Made by a program: the position numbers and the translations under genes. Source: Ascoidea asiatica JCM 7603 (Eukaryota > Fungi > Ascomycota). From it: a stretch of 64,000 nucleotides of DNA. This document shows positions 35,466 through 45,880 of the stretch, one piece after another (the first letter of the stretch is position 1; each line of letters starts with the position of its first letter). The stretch is taken from NCBI GenBank assembly GCA_001600695.1, contig BCKQ01000001.1:1873671-1937670 (forward strand), read 5' to 3'. The notes beneath the pieces were generated by a model that was not told the DNA's origin, did not search any database, and was given only the letters and a program-made list of their open reading frames with translations.

Positions 35466-37929
35466 TTACAGACTAAATAATTTATTATAAAATTCTTTCA
35501 TTAAAAATTCAACATCTAATCCAACTGCTTTTAATTCACTTAATTGAATTTTTGTACTATAAATATATTCATCTAAACTTGTTTTTTCTTTTTTTAAACT
35601 TAAATCAATATCATAAACTTGTTTTCTTAATAATTCTAAATGATCTTGAATTTGATTTATTGACCAATTTACTATTAAACTTTGATATTCTAATTCTGGA
35701 AAACAATCTTTAAATAATAATACAGTTGATTTAATACATTGAAATCTGATGATAGTAATTTGATTAATATAATCAATTAATTCACCATTAATTTCAATTC
35801 TATCAATTAATTTTAAAATTAATGAAGATTTTGCATTTAATAATGAATTTTGAGCTTTTGCAATTAAATTTAAATTTTTTAATTGAATAATTAAAGATTT
35901 TGTTGAATTTGTATTATTATTATTTGATAAACTTGAAAAATTACTAATTTGTCCATTAATTTCATAAGTTATATTATTAATTAAATCTGTAACTCTTTGA
36001 TTAATTTTCATTTTTAAAACTTGTAATAAAATTAAAGATTCTTCAATTGAAGTTGATAAATTATCATCAATATCATTATTATTATTATTATTATTACTAC
36101 TATTTTCATTATTATTATTTTCAAAATTATTTAAAATTGAATTTGAATTTGAATTTGAATTTGAATTTGAATTAGAAGATTTTGAATTATTATTATTATT
36201 TGAATTTTTATTTAAACTTGATAATTTATTTAAATTTTTTTCTGAATTTGATAATTTTTTTTTTAAATTATTTATTAAATCAACAGATTCTTTAAATTTA
36301 TGATGAGCAATATTAACATCTAATTCATCAATATAATTATTAATATTTTTTAAATCATTTATTATTAAATTTATATCATTTGGATAAATTGAATTACCTA
36401 TAATTAAATCATCATTATTATTAATTTTATTAGGAGAATTATTATTATTATTATTATTATTATTTTCATTATTTATTGAAAGAGATCTTGAATGCATTCT
36501 TGCAGTTAAATCTTGTAATAAAGCTGAATTTCTTTTTAATCTTGAAGAATTATTTGTAGTTGGAGTTGTACTTGGAGAATTAGAATTTGAATTTGCAGAT
36601 AAAATTGTAATTGAATCTCTAATTCTTCTTTGTTTTATAGATTCTTGTTCAGTAATATTATTTAATTGAATTTTAGCTTTTTTAAAATTTGAAACAATTT
36701 TAATATAATGATCAAATTTATCAGTTTGATAAATATAACTTAAAGAATGATATTTAAAATTTATTGTTTTATTTTTACCAATTGAATTATTATTATCAGA
36801 TAATTCAATTAATTTAACTTCTCTTAATGGCCAACATTGTTCAGCAATTAAATTTTGAGAAGAATATGAATTTAAATTACTTGAATCAAGGATATTATTA
36901 TTAATATTATTATTGCTTAAAGAATTAATTTGAGAATTATCAATTTTTGTAGATGTATTCTGGTTACTGTTGTTATTTTGAGTATTATTTTGATTAATAT
37001 TTGATTGAAAATTATTTTTAAAATTTTTTGAAGCAATTAAAATATAATCATTTAAAATAAAAATTTGAATAGATTTTATTGGTTTCCAAGTTGCAGAATT
37101 TAATTCTAACCATTTACCACTATCAGTTAAAACATGTCTACCAGGTATTGAAGTTAAATATCTTTGAGCACCTTCAACATTTTTAAATAAAGAATTTAAT
37201 TCATTTGTCCATTTTTTTTCAAGTATCATTACTGAAGATCTATCTCTTTTATTTCTTCTATTTGTATTAATTGTTAAAAAATTTGGATTTTTTTTTGGAT
37301 TTATTAATTGTTTATTATTATTATTATTATTATAATTTGATTGAATTTCATTTGAAGAAATTTCATTTGAAGAAATATCATTTGAAGTAATAATTGTTGG
37401 TAAATTTAAATTTATATTATTATTATTATTTGATTGTTGAATTTCATTTTCAATTTGAATTCTAGCAACAGCAGTTTCATTCATTTGAATAATAATTTCA
37501 TTTAATTTATTAAAATTAATTTTTAAAAATTTTAAAAAATTTTCAATTTTTAAAATATTTTTAGAAACATTTAAAATTTTTTCATAAGAATTATTAATAT
37601 TTGATTCAATATCTTTATCTAATTTAAAATTTAAATTTTTTAATTTTTTTGTAAAAATTTCAATTTCATTAATATTTGAATTTTTTAATTTTGAAGTTAT
37701 GAAAATTTCTGGATTAAAATTATTTAAAGATAATGCTAAAGATATACTTTTTCTTTTTAAATTTTTATTAAATTTTGGTGAAGATAATTTTTTTTTTTTT
37801 GGTGATTGATTTGGAGTTGTATTTGAAATATTTTCATAACTTGAAAAAGTTGAAGTTGAAATATTATTATTATAATTTAATAATTGAGGATTTAATAAAG
37901 ATAAATTCAGGTTTTTATTGTTATTATTG

Positions 37930-37960
<31 letters not shown>

Positions 37961-38597
37961 TATTGGCGGTTAATTGTTTTGAATTAAATATTAAATCATT
38001 TGCATTTAAAGGTAAATCAGGAGTTGAATTATTAATATTATTGATATTATTATTAATATTATTAATATTATCAAAATTCTCAATATCATTTGATTGATAT
38101 CTCATTGATAATCTTCTTTGAACTAATTTTGTTAATTTATCATTATTTTGAGTAGTTTTAACAGAAAGATTAGATAAAGATAAATCACTATTATTTGAAT
38201 AATTTGAATTATATATTGGTAATTGAAGATTTTTATTTATATTATTACTTGATTTAGTTTTTATACTTGATTTACTTTTAATTTTAGTAATGTTATTATT
38301 ATTATTATTATGATTATTATTATTATTATTATTATGATTATTATTATGATTATTGGTGTTATTTTTTTTTGAAATTAAGTAATTATTATTTATACTATTT
38401 ACATTTTGAATATTATTTATATTATTAGTAATAGTATTGTTATTATTATTATCATTTGGATTTAATTGATTTCTATATTTTGATAAATTATCATTAATAT
38501 TAAAATTTGAAGCAAATTGTTTCCAATCACCAACTGGAGCTCTACTTTTTCTTAAAGAATATTTATCAGGACCTTGACCAGGTGGAGCCAATGACAT
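35466..38597 (-). CDS. EXO84: Exocyst subunit Exo84
   Basis: YSLRKSRAP, QRRLSMR, RDRSSVMILEKKW..LFKNVEGAQ and PH-like GKWLELNSATWK. Confidence 0.92.
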
Positions 38598-38801
38598 TAT
38601 GAAATGTAAATATATATAAGTATCTTTTTATTAATATATAATGATTGAAATGATTGATTGATTGATTGATTGATCTCCTTTAATTGGAATTGTTTATGAA
38701 AACAGGTGTAAAATGAGTTGTTGTCCTAATTGGATCAGATATAATAAAAGAAGAAATTTATTGACTATAAAAAAAGAAGAAACAACTGCAAAAAAAACAA
38801 A

Positions 38802-38899
38802 TGCTCTGGGGGAGGCTCGAACTCCCGGCCTTCAGCACACCCACAACACTGGTAGTACTGCTATGAGGCTGATGCTCTAGCCAACTGAGCCACCAAAGC
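38802..38899 (-). tRNA. Elongator tRNA-Met(CAT) with a 24-nt intron (38838-38861)
   Basis: Acceptor stem GCTTTGG/CCAGAGC, D stem GCTC/GAGC, anticodon stem TCAGC/GCTGA with CAT at 38865-38863, and T arm GGGAG-TTCGAGC-CTCCC; a T-run follows downstream. Confidence 0.93.
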
Positions 38900-39305
38900 C
38901 ACTTTGTTGAACACAGAAACAGCAACAGCAGCACTCAATGGTAAACTGATTTGATGAGGCCAGTTGAAATAAAAAGAGTCACGTTTCGGTGTCTTTTTAA
39001 GATTGGTTTAATCACAATTGGTAATTGGGTAATTGTGATATTTGTTCATTCTGTGTAAGTATTACTGTTATTACTGTTATTACTATTACTATTACTATGC
39101 TAATTACTGTGTTTATGTTTATGTTTATGTTTATGTTTATGTTTATTATTACTATGTATGTGAGGTATCTGATGATTAATGAACTTGAATTATATCTAAT
39201 ATCTAATATCTAATATTTAGTATTTAGTATTTAGTATCTAATTGATAAGTAATTGAATTTGTATTAATGTGTATTGAATGTGAAATGATTGAGTAGTGAT
39301 TGAAG

Positions 39306-39911
39306 TTAATTTAAAATTTCATAATCTTTTAAAGCCTTTTTAACATCTTCATAAACTAAATCAACAGATTTATCACAATCTATTTTAACAACTTTATTAA
39401 ATTTATTAAAATATTCAATAACTGGCATTGAAGTTTCAATAAAAGTTTTAAATCTTTTTTTAATACTATTAATATTATCATCAATTCTACCACTAGTGAT
39501 ACCTCTATGAATTAATCTTTTTTCTAAAATTTTTTCATTACAATTAAAAAAAATTATTAATTTTGATTTAATTATTTCATTTTCAAATGTTTTTGCTTGA
39601 TCCATTTTTCTTGGAAATCCATCAATTAAAAAAAAATTTTTTTTTTTATTAGAATTTTTAATAATTAAAGAAATTGAATTTTTTAATAATTCAATTGTAA
39701 TATATTGTGGAACTATTAAACCTTCTTTAATATAATTATCAATTAATTCTCCATATTTTGAATTTTTACGTTTTTGTTCTTCTCTTAATAAATCTCCTGC
39801 TGATAAATGATTAAATTTAAATTCATTAACTAATTTTGAACATTGTGTACCTTTACCAGATCCAGGTCCACCTAAAATGAAAATAACTGAAATATCCTTA
39901 AATTCTTCCAT
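39306..39911 (-). CDS. URA6: Uridylate (UMP-CMP) kinase
   Basis: VIFILGGPGSGKGTQC, HLSAGDLLREE, FLIDGFPRKMDQA and SGRIDDN. Confidence 0.95.
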   Translation of the reverse strand: MEEFKDISVIFILGGPGSGKGTQCSKLVNEFKFNHLSAGDLLREEQKRKNSKYGELIDNYIKEGLIVPQYITIELLKNSISLIIKNSNKKKNFFLIDGFPRKMDQAKTFENEIIKSKLIIFFNCNEKILEKRLIHRGITSGRIDDNINSIKKRFKTFIETSMPVIEYFNKFNKVVKIDCDKSVDLVYEDVKKALKDYEILN

Positions 39912-40293
39912 CCTTTATCTCTATCTATCTCTATCTATCTATATTATCTATATTATCTATATTCTTTGATGATTATTATATCATTTATTAACAATACTTT
40001 CATATTCTTTTATTATTCATTCTCTTAGCCATGCAATTACAATTACAATGTTAATATTATCTTTGGTACCATCTGATTGGTTCATTCCATACCGTAATTA
40101 ATGAAATTTAAAGCTAAATTAGAAATAAACACGAAACAACTCGAAATTACGAGAAAAGAAGAATAGAATAATAGAATAATAGAAGAATAGAAGAATAAAA
40201 GAATAGAAGAAACAAGAAATATTAAACAGTTAATAGAGTCAATCAAGAGTAATTGAAGAATATTAATATTCAAATAATAATTGAATGATATAA

Positions 40294-42075
40294 ATGAGTG
40301 ATAAATTATCTCCAAAAGAACAAGTTAGATTAACTTGGTTATCAAAATATGATAATAAAGAGAATGATAATGATAATGATAATGACAATGATAATGATAA
40401 TGATAATGACAATTCAAAGAAAAGAAAATTATCAATAGATAATAAGGATAAGAAAGTAGATAATGATAGTAGTGATGATGATATACAATTTATATCTGAA
40501 TTTAAAAAAATTAAGAAAAATAAAGATTTTAAGAATATTGAAATTATAAATCTTTTAAGTGATAATGAAGATTTTAATGAAGATATCAAAGTATCTGAAA
40601 TAAAAAATATTGAATCACCAATAAAATTAATAAGAAATCCAAATTTACCAGGTAAAAATTCAATAAATTTAAAAGAATTATTTTCAAATACAATTTATAA
40701 AACTTATATATTTTCAATGCAAATTGAATTAAATTTTTTATTATCAATAATTTTAAAAAATTTTAATAATAATTTAAATAAATTACCTGAATTAAATTTA
40801 ATTACACAAGATTTATTTAATTTAAATGAAATTTCATTATTAATTAAAAAAAAAATTAAAATAATTAATTTAAATTTAAAAAAATGTATATTACATCATT
40901 CAAAATTTATTATAAATTTTCATAATTTTAAAAATTTAAAATATATTGAAATTATAATTTTAACAATGAATTTAACAATGATTGAATTTCAATCAATGGG
41001 TGAATGTCTTTGGAAAAGTGATTATTTACCAATAATTGAAAAAAATAATAATAATATTAATAATAATATGAAGAAGATTGGAATGAATTTTAAAAATGAT
41101 TTAATTTATTATTTAAAAAATTATAATAATAATATAATTAATAATTTATGTAAAGAATTAAATTTATATAATTTTAATTCAATTAAAGCACATTTTATTT
41201 CTTCAAAACCAGGATATGATTTAACAAATAATTTTGGATATAAAAAATTAAATAAAATTTTTATTGAAAATAATCTTAAAATTGATGAAACTATTATTAA
41301 AAAACCATTACAAATTTTAGGACATTGTAGTAGTTTAGCATCAAGTTTTAAAATAAATTTTAAAAAATCTGAAGTTTCAAATATTTTTACACATATTTTA
41401 TGTCCAATTCATTTTGAAAATTTTAAAATACCTTTAAATAATGGATTAAATTCAATTTTAATAAATTTAAAAAATTTTAATCCAATAATTTTATTTCCAA
41501 CAAAAAAAAATATTAAAGAAAGTATTGGAGGTGAAAAAATTTCTGGATCATTTATTTATTATAATAATGAAAGTAAAAATGGTAAATTACAACATAATTC
41601 ATTATTAAAAAATTTTTTTTTTAAAAGAAATTTAAATGAAGAATCTAAATATAATCCAATTAAAAATAAAGAATTTATTAATAATCATGCAAAAATTTTA
41701 ACAAGTTCAAATGATTATAATATTAAATATGATAAAAATAATAAATTTGTAAAAGAGATAAATTTTAATAATTTAAATTATATTATGATTGGATCATTTA
41801 ATTTAAGTAAAAATGCATGGGGATATCCTGGTAAAAATAATGGATTTAATGGTGGAAATTGGGAAGTTGGAATTTTAATTAATCCAGAATTATATGAAGA
41901 AGATTATAAATTTAAGAAAAAAATAAAATTTAAACCAATTTATGATGATAATAAATTTATTAATAATAATAATAATAATAATGATGAAGTGATAATACCT
42001 ATACGATTACCATTTAAATTTCCAATATTAAGATATGATGATGATGATGAACCATTCTCAAAACAAATATTTTAA
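40294..42075 (+). CDS. TDP1: Tyrosyl-DNA phosphodiesterase 1
   Basis: Two HxK motifs (HHSK..TMNLT; HAK..GSFNLSKNAWG), NWEVG and LPFKFPILRY. Confidence 0.85.
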   Translation: MSDKLSPKEQVRLTWLSKYDNKENDNDNDNDNDNDNDNDNSKKRKLSIDNKDKKVDNDSSDDDIQFISEFKKIKKNKDFKNIEIINLLSDNEDFNEDIKVSEIKNIESPIKLIRNPNLPGKNSINLKELFSNTIYKTYIFSMQIELNFLLSIILKNFNNNLNKLPELNLITQDLFNLNEISLLIKKKIKIINLNLKKCILHHSKFIINFHNFKNLKYIEIIILTMNLTMIEFQSMGECLWKSDYLPIIEKNNNNINNNMKKIGMNFKNDLIYYLKNYNNNIINNLCKELNLYNFNSIKAHFISSKPGYDLTNNFGYKKLNKIFIENNLKIDETIIKKPLQILGHCSSLASSFKINFKKSEVSNIFTHILCPIHFENFKIPLNNGLNSILINLKNFNPIILFPTKKNIKESIGGEKISGSFIYYNNESKNGKLQHNSLLKNFFFKRNLNEESKYNPIKNKEFINNHAKILTSSNDYNIKYDKNNKFVKEINFNNLNYIMIGSFNLSKNAWGYPGKNNGFNGGNWEVGILINPELYEEDYKFKKKIKFKPIYDDNKFINNNNNNNDEVIIPIRLPFKFPILRYDDDDEPFSKQIF

Positions 42076-42155
42076 AATAATTGAATAAATAATTGAATAA
42101 ATAAATAAAAATATTGGAATTGAATAAATAAATAAAAATATATATTGGAATTGAC

Positions 42156-42220
42156 GAGACCAGGTTTAGGGGACTGCTTGAAATGAAATGTTTCTGCTTA
42201 CGTAACCGCTGAGTCACGCG
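42156..42220. promoter_or_regulatory. Bipartite motif copy plus bZIP-type sites
   Basis: GAGACCA ggttta GGGGA at 42156-42173; TTACGTAA at 42198; TGAGTCA at 42210. Confidence 0.5.
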
Positions 42221-42387
42221 CCGGAGAAATTGAAATGAAACCACAAAAAGAAGAAAGAAGAAAACGAAATTGAAATGGAATTGAAAATGGAATTGAAAAT
42301 GGTTGAAGAGAGAAGAGAGACGAGAGAACAGAGAACAGAGAAGAGAGAACAATGTCAGTGTCAGTGTCAGTGTCAGTGTTAGTGCCA

Positions 42388-42762
42388 ATGACTTCTTTCA
42401 GAGCTTTCCATTCACTTTCAGTCAATTATTCAATCTCAAACAACAGAAACAAAAAGAATGGAAATTATTTCATTCATCATCTTTACAAAATTAATCAAAA
42501 AAGATCATATCAAAATAAATCAAATTCTGAAGATACTGGAATCTTCAAAGGTTTATGGATTAGATATATGAATTTACCATATAAATTAAGATTATATATT
42601 GCAACTTCTACTTTTATAGTGGCTTTAATTGGTGATTATCTTTCTGAGAAGATTTACGAAAGGAATACTTCCATTGAAGTAATTGAAGATGCTTCTTCTT
42701 CTTCTGCTTCTTCTTCTTCTGCTTCAACATCTTCATCCTCGTCATCTTCATCCTCGTCATAG
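42388..42762 (+). CDS. Small single-pass membrane protein, probably mitochondrial
   Basis: Basic, acid-free N-terminus followed by LWIRYMNLPYKLRLYIATSTFIVALIGDYLSE. The upstream ATG at 42352 lies in a GTGTCA repeat, so 42388 is preferred. Confidence 0.65.
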   Translation: MTSFRAFHSLSVNYSISNNRNKKNGNYFIHHLYKINQKRSYQNKSNSEDTGIFKGLWIRYMNLPYKLRLYIATSTFIVALIGDYLSEKIYERNTSIEVIEDASSSSASSSSASTSSSSSSSSSS

Positions 42763-43079
42763 TCTTCTTCAATATAATAACTTGAAATAATATTTTTATT
42801 CCCTTTTAAAGGCATCAATTTCCGCTTCACCTGTTTTTAAACTCCACTTCCAATGAAAAACTTTCCCGATTGGTTTTAAATCTCCGCTTAAAATAACTGA
42901 CTAATTTTTATTACTAATCTAAAATATTTTATTCGATATTTAATTTACTTATTCATCTTACTGTATATATACTCTATATATATATATATATATATATATA
43001 ACAATAAACATTCACATTCCTATTCATATTCATATTCATATTCATATTCATATCTCATTTAATCATATATTATATAAAT

Positions 43080-44849
43080 ATGAGTTCAATATTAAGAGAA
43101 GAAGATTTAAATGATTTCATAACTCCAGGTTTAGCTTGTATTAAACCAATATCAAATAATAATATTACTGAAAATAATAATAATATTAATAATAATGAAG
43201 AAATTGAAGTTAAAATTAATGATAATGGTGAAATTTTTGAAATTTCAAATATTAATGGTAATTTAAATTCAAAAAAATTAAATATTGCTCAAATTTCATT
43301 ATCTGATTGTTTAGCTTGTTCTGGTTGTATAACTTCTGCAGAAGAAATCTTAGTTCAAAATCATTCTCATAAAAAATTTATTAAAGATTATAATAATAAT
43401 AATAATAGTCAAAAAATATCTTTTATTGTATCAATATCTAATCAATCAAGAGCTTCATTAGCAAATTATTTCAATTTATCTATTTTTCAATTAGATTTAA
43501 TTTTAATTCATTTTTTTAAAAATATTTTAAAATTTAATTATATTATAGGTACTGAATTATCAAGAATTTTAAGTTTATATTATACTTTTAAAGATTTAGA
43601 TAATATAAATAATAAAAATTTAAAATTATCTTCTATATGTCCAGGTTGGTTATGTTATGTTGAAAAAACTCATCCTTTTATAATTAAAAATAATTTTTTA
43701 TTAAATATAAAATCTGAACAACAAATTTTAGGTTCAATATTTAAAAATTTATCTTCAATTTCTTTAAATAAATCAATTAAAAATATTTATCATTTAACTA
43801 TTATGCCATGTTTTGATAGAAAATTAGAAGCTGCAAGATTAGAATCTTTTAATAATAATATCATCAATGATATTGATTATAATGAAGATAATGTGGATGT
43901 AGATTGTGTAATAACTGCAAAAGAATTAATTGAATTAATGAAAGAATTTAATAATCCAATTGAAGATTTAATTCAAAATGTAATTTATAATAATAATAAT
44001 AATAATAATAATATAATATTAACAAGAGATTATATGAATAATGAAATTTATAATAAATATATACCAAAAAATTGGCCATTTAAACCAATTGAATCTTGGT
44101 TAAATAATTCATTTAATTTAAATTTAAATAAATCAACTTCTGGTAATTATTCATATTTATATTTATTATATTTAAAAAATAAAATTTTAAATATTAATAA
44201 TAATAATAAAAATTTATTAATTGAATTAAAAAATGGTAAAAATTTAGATATTTATGAATATAATTTAATTAATTTAAATAATAATAATGAAATTTTATAT
44301 ACAACTGCAGTTATTAATGGTTTTAAAAATATTCAAAATTTAATAAGAAAATTAAAAAAAAATTCAAAAGAAAATGATAAAAAAATTATTTCAAAAAAAA
44401 TTTCAAATAAAATTTCAAATAGAATTTCAAATAGAATTTCAAGAAATAATATACGAAATTTAAATAAAGATAAAGATAATATTTTAAATTATAAATTTGT
44501 TGAAATTATGGCATGTCCATCAGGATGTATAAATGGAGGAGGACAATTAGATTTAATTGATAATAATGAAAGTGAAGGTGGTAATGGTAATGGTAATGGT
44601 AATTATACATTTAAAGAAAAAATTAATAAAGTTATAAATAAATATAATGAAATTGAAGATATTAATATAAATGAATTAGATTTTATTAATAATAATTTAA
44701 ATTGTGAAAAAATTGAAAATTTTGTTAATAAATTTTGTAATGAATTTAAAATTTCAAAAGATAGATTATTAAGAACAAATTTTAAACCATTAATTAATGA
44801 TAATGATAATAATAATGATAATAATACTTCATTATTTAGTACATGGTAA
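43080..44849 (+). CDS. NAR1: Cytosolic Fe-S assembly factor Nar1
   Basis: DLNDFITPGLACIKP, ISLSDCLACSGCITSAE, SICPGW, MPCFDRKLEAAR, EIMACPSGCINGGG and C-terminal W. Confidence 0.96.
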   Translation: MSSILREEDLNDFITPGLACIKPISNNNITENNNNINNNEEIEVKINDNGEIFEISNINGNLNSKKLNIAQISLSDCLACSGCITSAEEILVQNHSHKKFIKDYNNNNNSQKISFIVSISNQSRASLANYFNLSIFQLDLILIHFFKNILKFNYIIGTELSRILSLYYTFKDLDNINNKNLKLSSICPGWLCYVEKTHPFIIKNNFLLNIKSEQQILGSIFKNLSSISLNKSIKNIYHLTIMPCFDRKLEAARLESFNNNIINDIDYNEDNVDVDCVITAKELIELMKEFNNPIEDLIQNVIYNNNNNNNNIILTRDYMNNEIYNKYIPKNWPFKPIESWLNNSFNLNLNKSTSGNYSYLYLLYLKNKILNINNNNKNLLIELKNGKNLDIYEYNLINLNNNNEILYTTAVINGFKNIQNLIRKLKKNSKENDKKIISKKISNKISNRISNRISRNNIRNLNKDKDNILNYKFVEIMACPSGCINGGGQLDLIDNNESEGGNGNGNGNYTFKEKINKVINKYNEIEDININELDFINNNLNCEKIENFVNKFCNEFKISKDRLLRTNFKPLINDNDNNNDNNTSLFSTW

Positions 44850-44900
44850 TTAATTATACAATTATATACTTATATAATTTATGTATATATATATATTTAT

Positions 44901-45101
44901 TTAAGATTTCTTTAAAGACATTTGAACACAATTTTTAAAAATAATAAATTCATTTTGACAAATTTTATTTGAAATATTTTTATAAGATTTTAAAATACAA
45001 TTTGCATAATCTTGACCAGATTTTGAACAATTTATTGAAGAATTTAATAATTTTTTTGCAGGTCTAATTTTTAAAATTTCTGGTTTTCTTAAATTTGTCA
45101 T
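44901..45101 (-). CDS. Twin CX9C mitochondrial intermembrane-space protein, NDUFAF8-like
   Basis: C-SKSGQDYAN-C and C-QNEFIIFKN-C; RPAKKL..C..Y..C..C..EF..FK.C pattern. Confidence 0.75.
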   Translation of the reverse strand: MTNLRKPEILKIRPAKKLLNSSINCSKSGQDYANCILKSYKNISNKICQNEFIIFKNCVQMSLKKS

Positions 45102-45566
45102 TATAATTTGTATTTGTATTTGTATTTGTATTTGTATTTGTATTGATATTGTTATTGATATTTATATTTATATTTATATGATAATTGATATTGAAATTAA
45201 TATTGATTTAATAGAAATTATATTCCTTGATTCATTTCTAATTGAGAATTGTTGTTGTTAATTGATTTAAAACCAGTGAAATTGTCTTTAAAAAGAAATA
45301 TTTTCAATAGTTTTCAATTCTCAGTCTCCAAATTCACCAAATTCACCAAATTCACCAAATTCTCCAAAATCACCAAAATCACCAAGTTCTTTAAGAATAT
45401 CAGAAGCAGAAGAAGCAGAAGAAGCAGAAAAAACGACAACAACAACAACAACAACAACAAGATTTGCCTCTCGACTCATCACACTTTTTTTGATCTTCGA
45501 TTGCGGAGAAGATTTAAATAAAACAAAGTCACATGACCAGAATGACTCAGCAATTATGTAATCAGA

Positions 45567-45701
45567 AAGCATCCACGTTTGTGGTCTCAACTTAGAGCAT
45601 CCATGTTACTGGTCTCATTAAAGGAGATCCAGGAGATTGGCCTCTAATAAGGAGTACCCCAATGGCGGTCTCGTTTATAAGAGATCCATGTTCTTGGCCT
45701 C
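45567..45701. repeat. Five-unit 28-bp-period array of a bipartite, quasi-palindromic motif
   Basis: Consensus AG(C)ATCCA-N6-TGGYCTC-N6; the ATCCA positions are 45571, 45599, 45627, 45655 (TACCC) and 45684; spacers vary. Confidence 0.88.
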
Positions 45702-45741
45702 TGTTTTCCATTCATTCAACATTTCACTCTTCTCCAGATAA

Positions 45742-45750
45742 TTTGCCATC
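45742..45750 (-). promoter_or_regulatory. PACE-like (Rpn4) element upstream of RPN14
   Basis: GATGGCAAA on the minus strand, one mismatch from GGTGGCAAA, 130 bp upstream of a proteasome chaperone gene. Confidence 0.45.
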
Positions 45751-45880
45751 AGAAAGAAATAAATAATAGAAATAATAGAAATAATAGAAATAATAGAAAT
45801 AAATATAAAACAATAATGCATATTCTGTATTTTATAATTAATGAAAAGAAAATAAAGTAATCAGTAATAATCATTTCATA

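Noticed and set aside
45567-45701. CRISPR array interpretation of the 28-bp repeats
   Set aside because: Eukaryotic context, variable parts only 6 nt long, degenerate repeats and no cas genes
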